From: Squalus acanthias
Lineage: Eukaryota
Direction: 5' to 3'
Assembly (NCBI GenBank): GCA_030390025.1
Contig: CM059431.1
Location: forward strand, 104,100,001 to 104,164,000
Length of the DNA stretch: 64,000 bases
Shown: one piece after another, positions 1 to 12,399 of the stretch
Layout: every line of letters starts with the position of its first letter
How positions within the stretch are numbered: position 1 is the first letter of the stretch
Position numbers and translations under genes: made by a program
Notes under the pieces: model-generated
What the model saw: the letters and a program-made list of their open reading frames with translations, nothing else
Databases searched by the model: none
Told to the model about the DNA's origin: nothing

Positions 1-1548
1 TCATGGCTGAACTTAGTTGCCCAAAAATCTATCAATCTCAGTCTTGAATATGCTCAACGACTCAGCATCCACAGCTCTTTGGGGATGAGAATTCCAAAGA
101 TTCACAACCCTCTGAGTGAAGAAATTTCTCCTCATCTCAGTCTTAAATGGCCGACCCCTTATCCTGAGACTATGCCTCCTAGTTCTAGACACTCCAGCCA
201 GGGGAAACAATCTCTCAGCATCTACCCTGTCAATTCCCCTCAGAATCTTATATGTTTCAATGAGATCACCTTTCATTCTTCTAAACTCCAGAGAGTAGCT
301 GCCTAATCTACCCAATCTCTCCTCATAGGACAACCCTCTCATCCCAGGGATCAATTTAGTGAACCTTTGTTGCACCGCCTCTAAGGCATGTATGTCCTTT
401 CTCAGATAAGGAGACCAAAACTGTGCACAGTACTCCAGGTGTGGTCTCACCAAAGCCCTGTACAATTGTAGTAAGACTTCCTTACTCTTGTACTCCAACC
501 CCCTTGCAATAAAGGCCAACATGCCATTTGCCTTCCTAATTGCATGCTAACTTTCTGTGTTTCCTGTACGAGGACACCTAAATCTCTCTGAACACCAACA
601 TTTAATAGTTTCTCACCATTTAAAAAATATTCTGTTTTTCTATTCTTCCTACCAAAGTGAATAACCTCACATTTCACTCCATCTGCCACCTTAATGCCCA
701 CTCACTTAACCTGTCTATATCCTTTTGCATCCTTCTCACAGCTTACTTTCCCACCTAGCTTTGTATCATCAGCAAACTTGGATACATTACACTCGGTCCC
801 TTCATCTATGTCATTAATATAGATTGTAAATAGCTGAGGCCCAAGCACTGATCCTTGTGGCACCCTACTAGTTACAGCCTGCCAACCTGAAAAAGATCCA
901 TTTATCCCTACTCTCTGTTTTCTGTCCTTTAACCAATCCTCTATCCATGCTATTATATTACCCCCAACCCCATGAGTCTTTATCTTATGTAACAATCTTT
1001 TATGGGGCACCTTATTGAATGCCTTTTGGAAATTCAAATATACTCATTCACTGGTTCCCCTTTATTTACCCTGCTAGTTATATCCTCAAAAAACTCTAAT
1101 AAATTTGTTAAACATGATTTCCCTTTCCTAAAACCATGTTGACTCTGCCTAATCATATTATGATTTTCTAAGTGCCTTGTTACCACTTCCTTAATAATGG
1201 ATTCCAGCATTTTCCTGACAACTGATATTCCCTATTTTCTCTCTTCCCTCCTTTCTTGAATAGTAGGGTTACATTTGCTACTTTCCAATCCGCTGGGACC
1301 ATTCTAGAATCTAGGGAATTTTGGAAGATCTAAACCAATGCATCCACTATCTCTGCAGCCACCTCTTTTAGAACCCTAGGATGCAGGCAATCAGGTCTGG
1401 GGGATTTGTCGGCTTTTAGTCCCATTAGTTTCCCAAGTAACTTTTCTCTACTGATATTAATTACTTTAAGTTCCTCACTCTTATTAGCCCCTTGGTTCCT
1501 CACTATTTTTGGTATGTTTTCTGTGTCTTCTACTGTGAAGACAGATAC
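1..1548 (-). mobile_element. CR1-clade (HER1-like) LINE, degraded ORF2 RT / C-terminal part
   Basis: Minus ORFs 702-1037 (FQKAFNKVPH, VPQGSVLGPQLF, FADDTKL) and 13-522 (LVRPHLEYCAQFWSP, RRNFFTQRVVNLWN) are typical CR1 ORF2 motifs, with frameshifts. The element resumes at 7364. Confidence 0.95.
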
Positions 1549-1831
1549 TAAGGTCATGATTTTACTTACCTCGGTGGGTCTGTGGCAGGTGATGTCGGTG
1601 GCGGGTCCCAACCCTGCTGCTGGCTTCATCCCACTCTGTGAAATTACTTTCCGTTGATTGGACTTGTTAAGCCCGCCCAGCACATTTCCCGGCCAATTAG
1701 AGAAAGCGGGTCTGGTGATGTCATTTCATGTTACATCATCAGCAAATTTCTTTAAAGGGACCATGGCCAAATTTATTTTGACATTTGTGCTGTCAGTGTC
1801 CGACAGTATTGAGGTGCAGCAAACACTGACA

Positions 1832-2065
1832 ATGACTGCACAGAGGCAAAGGGCTGCACCCAGGTTCTCCGATGACTTATGCTTATGGAAGGAGTCACAG
1901 CATGCAGGGATGTCCTCTTCCCTTCCGATGGGTGGAAGAGACCTCCCCAGGAGACCAACACAGCCTGGTTGCACATTGCACAGGAGGGCACAAGCATGGA
2001 TGTCGTCAGGAGGACCTGGGTGCAATGGCGCAAATGTTTCAATAATCTCATTAGATCACTAAGCG
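1832..2065 (+). pseudogene. Frameshifted Myb/SANT-like DNA-binding exon of the Harbinger-type element
   Basis: MTAQRQRAAPRFSDD.. then (other frame) LMEGVTACRDVLFPSDGWKRPPQETNTAWLHIAQ..RRTWVQWRKCFNNL parallels exon 1 of the intact Myb gene at 43132-43368. Confidence 0.8.
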
Positions 2066-2494
2066 TTAGCACAAAGCCACACTTACCTTCTTCCTGCTGT
2101 GCCTCTCATCACATCCCCATCACTCTGCCTTCCCTACCCTACTCTTGCACATCCTTACTCACACCAACTTATCTTGCACCTCCACCCATCCCTCTCTCTC
2201 TATCTACATTATCACATCCCCATCTCACTAGCCACCCCTCACACTCACCCTCATCCTAGTGCAATCATACCAACTAACAACACACAAGGGTAGCCACTTA
2301 GGTGTTTTATGCAATGTTCATGTAAAGTTTCTGTTAAAGTGGTGTCAAACATTTAAATTTTTATTTTCAACACTTTCCGTTCTTGGACAGATTTCTGCGC
2401 ATCTTTGGAAGTGGCTTCGTGAGTCACAGTGAATGGTGAGACATAACGGTACCCCCCGCAATGGTGATGAGTGTGAAAGGAATGGCTTGGACAA

Positions 2495-3400
2495 TTTAAG
2501 ATCTTAATGATCTCTGAGTTCTTGGACAAGACACCAATAGGCAGCAGCCAGTATGTTTGAGCAACAGATCAAGATTTATTAAGCATACAGCGTAATATAC
2601 TTAATATTAGGCGATAGTTTTAACGAGTAGCTCACAGCCCTAGGTCTCTGGAACCTCTCTGACACAGATGATGTCGTCTTAATTCTGTTCCTTTGTTCTC
2701 GCAGTACATCTGTGTGAAGTTGTTCTTTGAGTATCGAGGTTTTAACCCTTTTCTTATCAAAAGTTGGTTTGGCCAGTGTCCATATATGGTCTTTAACAAA
2801 ATCACCTTTTTTAATTGGTTCTAATGGTCAAAATACCATTGTCACTCAGACTAAGGTAGCATCCTGTCTTTCCAGTATTTTTCCACCAACTTTGCCATGC
2901 TCAGTGTTATCTTGTTTATAGTTTATCACCCCATTGGAATTTACTTTATCTCTTTCATTTCTAGCTTCCCTGGTACAAGGCCTTTATACCAAGGGCCCAT
3001 ATCAGCACTGTTTCACTAGTCTTGAGGTATCCAGGCTATCTCACTTTAATCTACCAGATAAATACTTTATCTCCATGATCTCTCTCATTTTATGTCCTTA
3101 TACTAATTATTTTTTAAATATCGTTGCAATTAGTTTTGTTAAGCGAATTCTAATTTCTACTTAGCATCATAATATGTTATTTAATGATTTAACCTTCACT
3201 CGCAGTCTGTGACTGTTTGTTATCAAAACTTAGTCAAAACTGCTTTTGACTGTCCCTGCAGCTACATTCTGAACAAGTCTTAGCTTTTTAGTTACTCAGG
3301 AGTAATTATGGGTAATATTATTTGGTCAATGGCTACACTTGATGTTATACATATATGATTCTCATCTACTAAATATCTCTAAATATCAGCCTTTTGTACA
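2495..3400 (-). repeat. LTR (about 906 bp) preceded by a polypurine tract
   Basis: Minus strand reads GAGGTGGGGACT (PPT, 3401-3412), then TGTACAAAAGG..., with AATAAA at 2575-2580 near the distal end. Confidence 0.7.
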
Positions 3401-3946
3401 AGTCCCCACCTCGAGGATGAAATGTTTTAAACATTGATTCCTCGTCTACTTCAATCTACTCTCTGACTAGCGTTGCTGCAAATTGGAGTCCTCTAATTGA
3501 GGGGAACGGAGCGCTTCTCAAATGAGGTTTTATCCCCCTTTTCATTATAGGCCTGGGTGCTAACTATGACACTCACAGGAGCCGACCGCCTATCCTCATG
3601 GCTGGAGGACACCCCGGGGCCTCCCCAACCATCATGTTGGCCGTGCTGATATGTCTTGCCTTCTAGTGGGTCCCAGTCTATCCTTTCTCCTCCGCCCGCT
3701 GCTCCTATTGCTGCATCATACGATCTGGGAGAAATGGCCCTGATCTGACCCCTTACTCAAATTCAATTCACTGTTCCGGTGTTCCAATTCTGCCCCGCCT
3801 GGGGTATCCTCTGTTTCTTCTATCTTTCCTGATGTTACCCCGCCTGGGGTCTCCTCTACGTTGCTTCGGATCTTCTCTTTTGGTGTGCTCAATTAATTTG
3901 TTCGTGCTGGTTAGTCATAGGCATGAGTATACAATTGGCTTATGTA

Positions 3947-5300
3947 TCAAAGTCTTACTACATAGGTTGTTACATATATCAAATACACTATCATTACAAG
4001 CTGGAGAACTACCAGAGCGTGTGAAATAATATGAACGTAAGGGTGTGCTGATATATTAAGCCCAATATCCCACCAGTGTGAGTCATCCACTATGCTGTCA
4101 ATTTCAATATCTATTCTCGAGTTGTCTTGCTCCAAAACATAAAAATGCTTTAGGGAGGAGTTCAGTCGCGTCACGAGCTCACTGAAACCCTTAGACAACA
4201 GGGGAATGTAGTATCCGAATGGGACAGGTCCTGTTAGACCCATAAAGCATGGTAGTTGCGGTAGTAGTGACACACGAGTCCACCATAACCACCTCATACT
4301 GGATTCGTACTGGTTTTTCCCACGCTCTGTTACCTACAAAACACAATTATTAGTCACAGTTAAATTCAGTCTTACAATCATTTCAAGCGACATTACAGTT
4401 TAACATCTAATCAACAAATCATGGACTTAAAAGATTCTCCAGATCTCTCTTTTACTCGTATCCATCTTGTGGATAATTCATACTAAACATGATTTCTCCT
4501 TAGCCCTCAATTGTCCCAATCCAGATTCCATCTAACTCTCCACTTCAACTTCAATTTCAATCCCTCTAACAGGTACCAGTGTATTTAACTCTATTCTGAT
4601 TGTTTCATTAATTAGATAGTTTCTCGATGGAGTATGTGTCAATGCTTTAAAAGTTGTCTTGCTCTCCTGAGCCACATTAACCATTTCATGTCTTGCTGTT
4701 GTCAAGTAACTGAGCATGTCTGAGACCCGTTCTTCAGTGCAAACTCACCACGTATTTCCGGATGGTAATTGCTTCATACGTAACAAATCACATTTGCACA
4801 CTCATATCGGTATCTCCATATTATGCCACATGTGCCATCCGATACAAGCCTTTCTCGGGCTTTCAGGTGATCTTATCAAAAGATTGTCTGGAGGTCTTTG
4901 TTCATCTTCCACCGCATGGTCCCGATGTCTTGGATAGTGGCCAGACTATCATTCAGTTTTCTTAAAAAGTTAATTATAGGCAGGGACACAAATGTCTCCA
5001 AGAGAAAGCTATCAATTTACTAAACTTAACTACACTTTCCTGACTTTCACTGGAAAGTTTGGAAAATTCCCAATTAGTGGTGTAATTCTCCTGTTTCTAT
5101 CTCACACCCTCAATCACTTCCTCTCTCCATTTTACACATCCTATTAATTACCATTCATATCTCATTCATGAGCCCTGGAGGAACTTTACTGTCCAGTACA
5201 ATATTATAGGTAGAAAACATAGATCAAACATTCTCACTTGGCCCAAGTTATTAACACATTTTATTATCATTATTTTAGAGGATCTTTTATTTTCCCAAAA
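3947..5300 (-). pseudogene. Degenerate env-like membrane glycoprotein of an LTR element
   Basis: Lies upstream of the PPT/LTR. C-terminal ORF has a heptad-like helix, a WW motif and a hydrophobic TM stretch (HIISHALVVLQLVMIVYLIYV). Upstream fragments are Cys-rich with N-glycosylation sequons and many stops. Confidence 0.5.
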
Positions 5301-5311
5301 GTAACCCAATA

Positions 5312-5643
5312 CAGGAAACTTTCGTTTATCCGGCACCCTAATATCCGGAATTCTCGCTTAACCGGCAAAAATCAGGTAAGTTTTATTATCCAGACAAGAC
5401 CCCGATTCTGACCTTTCGCCCCCACGAAAGGGGGGTCAACGTTCTTCCGACTCCGACCTGTCGCCGCCACGGAGGAAACAGCCGGAGTCTCGTTTACCTT
5501 CCCTCTCCGGGTCCCAATTGTTCAGCCTGTGGCCGTGTACGGGGCTCTCGTACCTTGGTAAGTATACCTCTCTGTCATCCGGCACTTTCGATCAACCGGC
5601 ACCACGCCGGTCCCGTCGGTGCCGGATAAACGAAAGTTTCCTG
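5312..5643. mobile_element. Tc1/mariner (Tigger/pogo-like) MITE
   Basis: Perfect 26-bp TIR CAGGAAACTTTCGTTTATCCGGCACC; TA on both sides. Confidence 0.9.
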
Positions 5644-7363
5644 TATATAGTGCCTGAGTCCATTTTGTTATTTCAAAATTATCCCAAAATCCAAACAGCA
5701 GTATTGTTGAACTGACAGGTTTTGTCAATGTTCAATTTCATTTCTATCACTTTATCTTCTATTTCCAATTTCAGAAATGAGTGATTCCCAGGCTAGGTGG
5801 TTTACACAGTGTTTTAACATTAGAGACAGAAGTGCCGCAATCAGTTTACAAGGTAACTTCCATATAACAAATGAAAGAAGATGATCCATTGTGACACTAC
5901 ATAGAGCCCAAGGGGTTAATTTATCAAATCATAATTTTTCTTCTGTCACTGTGGGGAAATATTAACTTAAAATTAAGAAAATTAACTGTAATAATGTCCA
6001 ATATCTTTAAATTTCATACTAAAGTTGTTGCTCGGTGAACTTAAACAGCTGTCAGTGGGAAAGGTTAACTCCTTTGCAGGTTTTTAAGAAGGTGGAGCGA
6101 AACATTGTCAGGTGCACGCAATTGCGTCACTTCACGTAGATTAGGAAAAAACTTTCCCGATCGGGGGGGACAGTTGTGTTTTCACACTTTGGCTGGACAC
6201 GCGCAGAGCAGATGGAGCGGGGCAGGGTGGCAGAGGACAGTAAATTGCATTGTGTTTCTTGTTGTCCTTTCTTCAGGTGCCTTTCCAAAATACTGTGTAT
6301 AAGAAATACAAAGAACAACATCACACAGACGTACTGCGAGGACAAAGGATCAGACTTAAGACGACTTCATCTGTGTCCGAGAGGTTCCAGAGACCTGGGG
6401 CTGCGAGCTACTCGTTAAAACTATTGCCTAATATTAAGTATATTACGCTGTATGCTTAATAAATCTTGATCTACTGCTCAAACATACTGGCTGCTGCCTA
6501 TTGGTGTCTTATCCAAGAACTCAGAGATCGTTAAGATCTTACAACATTGTAGGGATGCTTTATGATGTTGGTGTGGGGTGGTGCCAAACTGAGGCATTAT
6601 GTGGCAGCCAGGGTGTACAGCGTCAAGTGAAGTAAATCTGGCCATGGTGAGGCCATCCCTGGCCTCCCGGCCAGCAATGTGCTCGGGTGCTGATGCCCTG
6701 TGTCCTGTGCAGCATCAGGTGATTGCGGAGAAGGTTGGTGTTGTTGTTGGTGCTGCTGGTGTGCCTGGTGCTGCTGGTGTTGGGGCTGATCATGGTAGGA
6801 TTCTGAGGACCAAGGTGAAGGGCACCCATGTTGATGGAATATATGGCAGGTGAAGTAGAGATGATAGAAGCATCCTGTCAATGGTGGGAGAGATCTTCCA
6901 AAGAGGTGATACTGGATGGAGAGTGGAAAGTGGGAAGCCTGCAGAATCTGTGCTGGAAATGGACTGAGAAACAGCTTGTGGCTGAGGAAAGTGAAGATCT
7001 GTCAGGTGAAAGCTTTTATAGCACATTTCAAGCTGTCAAATAATCAGCTGATACAATGGCCATTAAACTCCCACCTCAACTTAACAGACATGATTCCCCG
7101 AGCAGCATGGACCCCGTGGGCAAGCAGTTAAAGTGAAAAGGTAAGGTAAAATGTATTTTTAATGATCTCTCAACAAGGCAATAATCAGCTTAATTGGGTC
7201 CCCCGCCGCTGCCTGATGGGTCTATTCAGTGCTGACAGACCCGGCATTGGGAAAGGCATGTGGCAGCGGGTTGACAGCGGAGTCGCGACCCACTGTAAAA
7301 AAAAAACTTTCCCATCAAACCCGCCACTGATCCCACCCATTGACCCCCCGGAAAGTTCCGGCC

Positions 7364-7896
7364 AAAATATTTGTTTAAAGTCTCAGCCATTTCCTTATTC
7401 CCCATTATAATTTCACCTGTCTCAGCCTTTAAGGGACCAATGCTTACTTTTGCTACTCTCTTCCTTTTTACATACTTGTAGAAGCTCTTACAATCTGTTT
7501 TTATATTTCTTGCTAGTTTACTTTCATATTCTATTTTGTTCATCTTTTGCTGGTTTCTAAAGCTCTCCCAATCCTCAGGCTTACTATTACCCTTCGCAAC
7601 ATTATCAGCCTCTTTTTTTAATCTAATACTACCCTTAACTTCTTTAGTTAGCCACTGATGGATCACTTTTCCAGTGGAGTTTTTATTTCCCAATGGAATG
7701 TATATCCGTTGAGGATTTTGGAAATTTCTTTAAATGGTTGTCACTGCTTATCCACCATCATACCTCTTAATCTAATTTTCCAATCTACCTTAGCTAACTC
7801 GCACCTCATACCTATGTAATTGGCTTTATTTAAGTTTAAGACTCTCGTTTCCGGCTGAAGTATTTCGCTCTCAAACCCAATGTGAAATGTTATCAT
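7364..7896 (-). mobile_element. CR1 LINE, upstream continuation of the 1-1548 copy
   Basis: ORF KIEYESKLARNIKTDCKSFYKYVKRKR..MAETLNKYF is the typical CR1 region between endonuclease and RT. Confidence 0.9.
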
Positions 7897-7999
7897 TTTG
7901 TTTTTTAAAAACACATTAACAGAAGGCCATTCATTTCATTGCTGTTTTTGGGATCTTGCTGTGCTGTGTTTCCCAGACAGCAACAGTAGCTGCATAATG

Positions 8000-8352
8000 T
8001 GCAACAACAACAGCTTGCAATTATTCAGTGCCTTTAATGTAGTAAAACATCCCAGTTTGACACCGAGCCGCATAAGGAGATATTAGGGCAGATGACCAAA
8101 AGCTTGGTCAAAGAGCTAGGTTGTAAGGAGCGTCTTAAAGGAGGAGAGAGAGAGGTAGAGAGGCAGAGAGGGTTAGGGGGGCAATTTCAGAGCTTAAGGC
8201 CCAGGCAAGTGAAGGTGCGGCCGCCAATGGTGGAGCGAAGGAAATCGGGGAATGCGCAAGAGGCCAGAATTGGAGGAGTGCGGAGATCTTGGAGGGTTGT
8301 AGGGCTGGAAGAGGTTACAGAGCCAGGGAGGGAGGAGGCCATGGAGGGATTT
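8000..8352 (-). mobile_element. L2 LINE 3' fragment
   Basis: Reverse complement of the L2 end seen repeatedly in the window (..FKTLLKTYLFDQAF, tail TTGTTGTTG). Confidence 0.85.
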
Positions 8353-9869
8353 GCCAGATGTGATCAGAAATTATATACACTTTTATGTTTCCTGATGAGG
8401 TGAGGTTTTTTTTACTTATTAAGTACAAACATATTTTTATTCCTCCGAGAATATTAGCTGGATAGGTCCTGTAGAAATACTAATTTTCTTCTGGTGCTAT
8501 TGGATCGTATGAAGTTGCCAATGTAAGAAATCAGTTCCATACGACCACTAATAGTGTGCAGTGTGATGGGATTTTTCTGGCAAATATCAGAGTTCATTTA
8601 ATAAAGTGATCCAATACTCTCCTGCGACTCTGCCTTCCGCATCTCACTTAAAATGAAATTATCCGTATATTTTCTGCTTCAGTTGAGAGCGGAAGAAATT
8701 GCACCTTTTATTGTGGAGAGCCTGGTCAGAATTTAAATGCTTGCGATTCCGAATCTGTCAGGTAGCACCATCAGACTGCTGGAATTCGAAACTGAATAAT
8801 TAAAAAAAATTGTTCATGCCCCGGCAACGTTTTTGTGGGATTAAATTCAATGTGTAGGAACTGGGTAAATGCGTGGATGGCAATTTGGGATCGCGCCCAG
8901 GTTTAATTGGTCTCGTAATGGCAAAACAGCAGTGTTTTTTTTCTTCTTGATAAATAATGCTTGTAATAACGAAATGGCAACATTTATTAGCCTCACCACA
9001 GACGTATGGCTGTTTTCCGACTGTAGCCAGTTGCATTTATACCCACTGTGAACATCAGCTTAATTCACACAAATGGTTCTTTTCAAGTACAGCTTCTGGC
9101 AGTGGACTTATTGCAAATTACTTGCTCACTTTTTCCAGCCAGTGAGCCTAAAAGAAAAAATCACTAGGTTCTTGTTTCAATATATTTTTAAAAGTCCAGC
9201 AACAAAAATGTTTCTTTTCTTTTTCTTTGGTTCTTAGCATCAAAATGAATTACATAGTGCATCTTGAATTCCCGCCCCTCTTCCAAACTGGTCACCAAAT
9301 CTTCAAATAAAGTGCAACTTACACTGTTAACCATCTCAAGGTCATGGGGGCGGGCAGGGGGGAGGGGGAGGGGGAGGGGGCTTTAAAAAGAGAATTGATT
9401 TAGCTCTGAATGCCTTGCTTGTCTTGCAAGGCGTATTTCTCAACTGCCCTAAGGTTAATCACCGAACCCACCTCATGCTGGGGTCTTCCATTACATCATA
9501 ATTACAGTGCGGCAGGGAGGGAGAGGAAAGGCGGCTGAAATCATTCCAATTCTCTCCCCGTGGGAGCCAGATGTTGCTGGATGGATTTCATTTAATTCAG
9601 TGACAGCTGCGATAATGACCTCCGCGCCCGGAGAGTTGACAGTGACATCAATAATAGCCCCGGAAATAAGGAGAGCCAACCCGCTCGCTTGTTTATGTCT
9701 TTGCATAAAGGAAACCAAACATCCTCAGGATAAGCCAAATTCAAATTGTTATAGTTTCTTTAGATTGATGGTTCAACATTTAATATTGTAACTCTAGATG
9801 CCTTTTCCTATACCCTTTTCATTAGTCCTTTCTTCATCATTTGCCACCTATAGCCATCAGGCAGTAGAT

Positions 9870-10840
9870 TAAGCTCTGCTGCCCATATCCTAACTAGCAC
9901 CAAGTCCCGTTAACCCATCACCCACCTGTACTCGCTGACCTACATTAGCTCCCGGTCCGGTAATGCCTCGATTTTAATATTCACATCCTTGTTTCCAAAT
10001 CCCCGCATAGTCTCACCCTTCCCTATCTCTGTGGACTTCTCCAGCCCCACAACCAACAACAACAACACAACAACAACTTGTAGTTATATAGCACCTTTAA
10101 CGTAGTAAAACATCCCATGGCGCTGCACAGGAGTATTTTAAGACAAAATTAAAATTTGACACTGATCCACATAAGGAGAAATTAGGGCAGGTGACCAAAA
10201 GCTTGGTTAAAGAGGTAGGTTTTAAGGAGCGTCTTGAAGGAGGATAGAGAGGTGGAGAGGTGGAGAGGTTTAGGCAGGGAATTCCAAAGCTTAGGGCCTA
10301 GGCAACAGAAGGCACGGCCACCAAAGGTTGAGCGATTATAATCAGGGATTTTCAAGAGGGCAGAATTAGAGGAGCGCGGATATCTCGGGGAGTTGTGGGG
10401 CTGAAGGAGATTACAGAGATAGGGAGGGGCGAGGCCATGGAGGGATTTGAAATCAAAAATGAGGATTTTGAAATTGAGGCGTTGCTTAACTGAGAGCCAA
10501 TGTAGGTCGGTGAGCACAGGGGCGATGGGCCCTCCGAGATCTCTGTGCTCCTCCAATTCTGACCTCTTGCACATCCCCGCTTTTCATTGCTTCACCATTG
10601 GCGGCCGTGCCTTCTATTGACTAGGCCCAGGAATTCCCTGCCTAAACCTCTCCGCCTCTCTATCTCTCTCTCCTCCTTTAAGATGCTCCTTAAAACCTAC
10701 CTCTTTGACCAAGCTTTTGGTCACCTGTCCAAATATCTCCTGATGTGGCTCGGTGTCAAATTTTGTCTGATTGGACTCCTGGGAAGTGCCTTGGGACATT
10801 TTACTACATTAAAGGCACGATATAAATGCATGTTGTTAAT
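9870..10840. mobile_element. L2 3' end (+) interrupted by a second L2 3' end (-, about 10055-10530)
   Basis: The + copy stops at cagccccacaacc and resumes cctccgagatctctg at about 10530. The inner copy has a (CAA)n tail and ORF PVLTDLHWL..GGRAF..LWNSLP..FKTLLKTYLF. Confidence 0.85.
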
Positions 10841-11519
10841 CGAATATTTTTCAACAAGGATAAATAAATGTGATAGTCCTTGCAATGTTTTCACTTTCAG
10901 AATTTTTCACTATGTACAAAGACAGACAATAATTACTACCACAAGTCTAATGATTATCTGTGTACAAATTACTCTGGACGAACCTGAAGGAATTTTTAAC
11001 TGCTTAGTTTAGAATCTGAGATTTCATATTGTATTCGAAGAATATTACTTGATATTTTTACATTATGTTTCCCACCCCCCCATCTAGCCACAGTTCGTGG
11101 AGAATTATGAAAGATGGTCCAGAGAATATGTTGATGCTGACGAAGCCATAAGACATAATTTCAAAATTAGGAGGAGTAAATAGGAATTTGGGCAAATCTA
11201 TTTAATCTGTTTATCTGTATAAAAAGCTGGCATAAAGCTTGCTTATGTGTTCATTGCATCTGTGGTGTGACCCCTAAGGCATTACAATTAATATGCAAAT
11301 AATATACCACAGTTGGACTCTAATTATAAGGCAAAATATTAATATTAATATTAATATATAAAGTTCTGTTTAAAATTGTAGAAAAAACAGTTGGTTAACA
11401 CATGGAGAACTGTAGCCTGATTTGTGAGCTTTAAGTTATGTACTACAGGTTAGATAAAATATAGATTTTTAATATTGTAATGCCTGCAACTTTTAGAAAA
11501 TAATCCATTTCTCAGGAAA

Positions 11520-11820
11520 CCAAAAGGATCTGCCCATTTCATATTCAAGCTGGACGTATTCATTTGCTGGTGGATCCCCCACTCAGGCCTGAGTTAAAAT
11601 CACAGTCGGGTCTCAATGATGTCATCGGGCTGCAATGCGCTGATGTAAAGAAGGACCCTGTTGGCTCCGGGCGCCCGCCCTTGCTGCCTGCTCAGGAGAG
11701 CAGGTTAAAGTTGCAGATGTTGCGATCATCACGGCGGCTTTCGGACAGGTAAGAGCCAGGGGCGATTTTAACTGCCCACCCGCCGGGTTTCTGCTGAGTG
11801 AGTCGGGTTAAAATCGCCCC
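11520..11820. mobile_element. Harbinger-type MITE fragment ending in a 62-bp hairpin
   Basis: GGGGCGATTTTAAC (11759) and GTTAAAATCGCCCC (ends 11820) form a perfect 14-bp inverted repeat resembling the Harbinger termini in this window. Confidence 0.55.
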
Positions 11821-12399
11821 TGCGGCGGAATACAAGTGGTTGTTTTACACCACACCTGGATGATTTACCTGCCTAATTGTGTGTGTGACTGAGAGATGGA
11901 GACCTAGGCTTAGGTACTAAAAAAGATAGTAAAACGGCTCCAAGAATAACAATGTATAGTGTCTTTTATGGAAAGCCAAATGCCAGATTTTATTGTGGAA
12001 ATGTTGGTGTGCTTTCTCCCTAGTGACACATGAATGGACTTATTTATTCATGTAACTGTGGTGTGAGGGGAACTATTTTATTTCTTCTTATTTGCCTGCA
12101 GCGAGTAAGCAGAACACTAATTTAGTTATTTTCCGGGAATCAATCACAAAACCTTTACTTCACTGGCCAACTGCACATCTCACAAACTTCTTTCCAAATC
12201 CTCTCGGTAGCCATCCTCCACAATTTCCCACACCCTCTTCCCACAACAGCACAACCTCCAACTCATTGTGCACACGGCCATAGGAGACCCCCGCTAAGAA
12301 GTATACGAAATAAGTTAGCCGAGAAGATCGTTGAAACAAATAGAAATGGGTTCACGCATGTTTCTGAAGGAAGAAAGACTCACTAGAGATCAAAGGCGA

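Larger units (their letters stand above)
2495..6543. mobile_element. LTR-retroelement-derived insert with inverted 235-bp ends and env-like remnants
   Basis: 2495-2729 is the reverse complement of 6309-6543 with few mismatches. Ends T(T)TAAGATCTT...AAGATCTTACA; 4-bp flanks ACAA/ACAT. Confidence 0.75.
1552..7363. mobile_element. Non-autonomous PIF/Harbinger-type element inserted in the CR1, itself interrupted by an LTR-derived insert
   Basis: CR1 sequence is continuous across it (acagatac|...|aaaatatttg). Degenerate termini GGTCATGATTTT / AAAGTTCCGGCC with 3-bp flanks TAA/AAA. Contains a Myb/SANT remnant. Confidence 0.8.

Noticed and set aside
5950..6543. Independent solo LTR
   Set aside because: Begins TGT and ends ACA, but the flanks (TCAC vs ACAT) are not a TSD; kept only as an alternative explanation.
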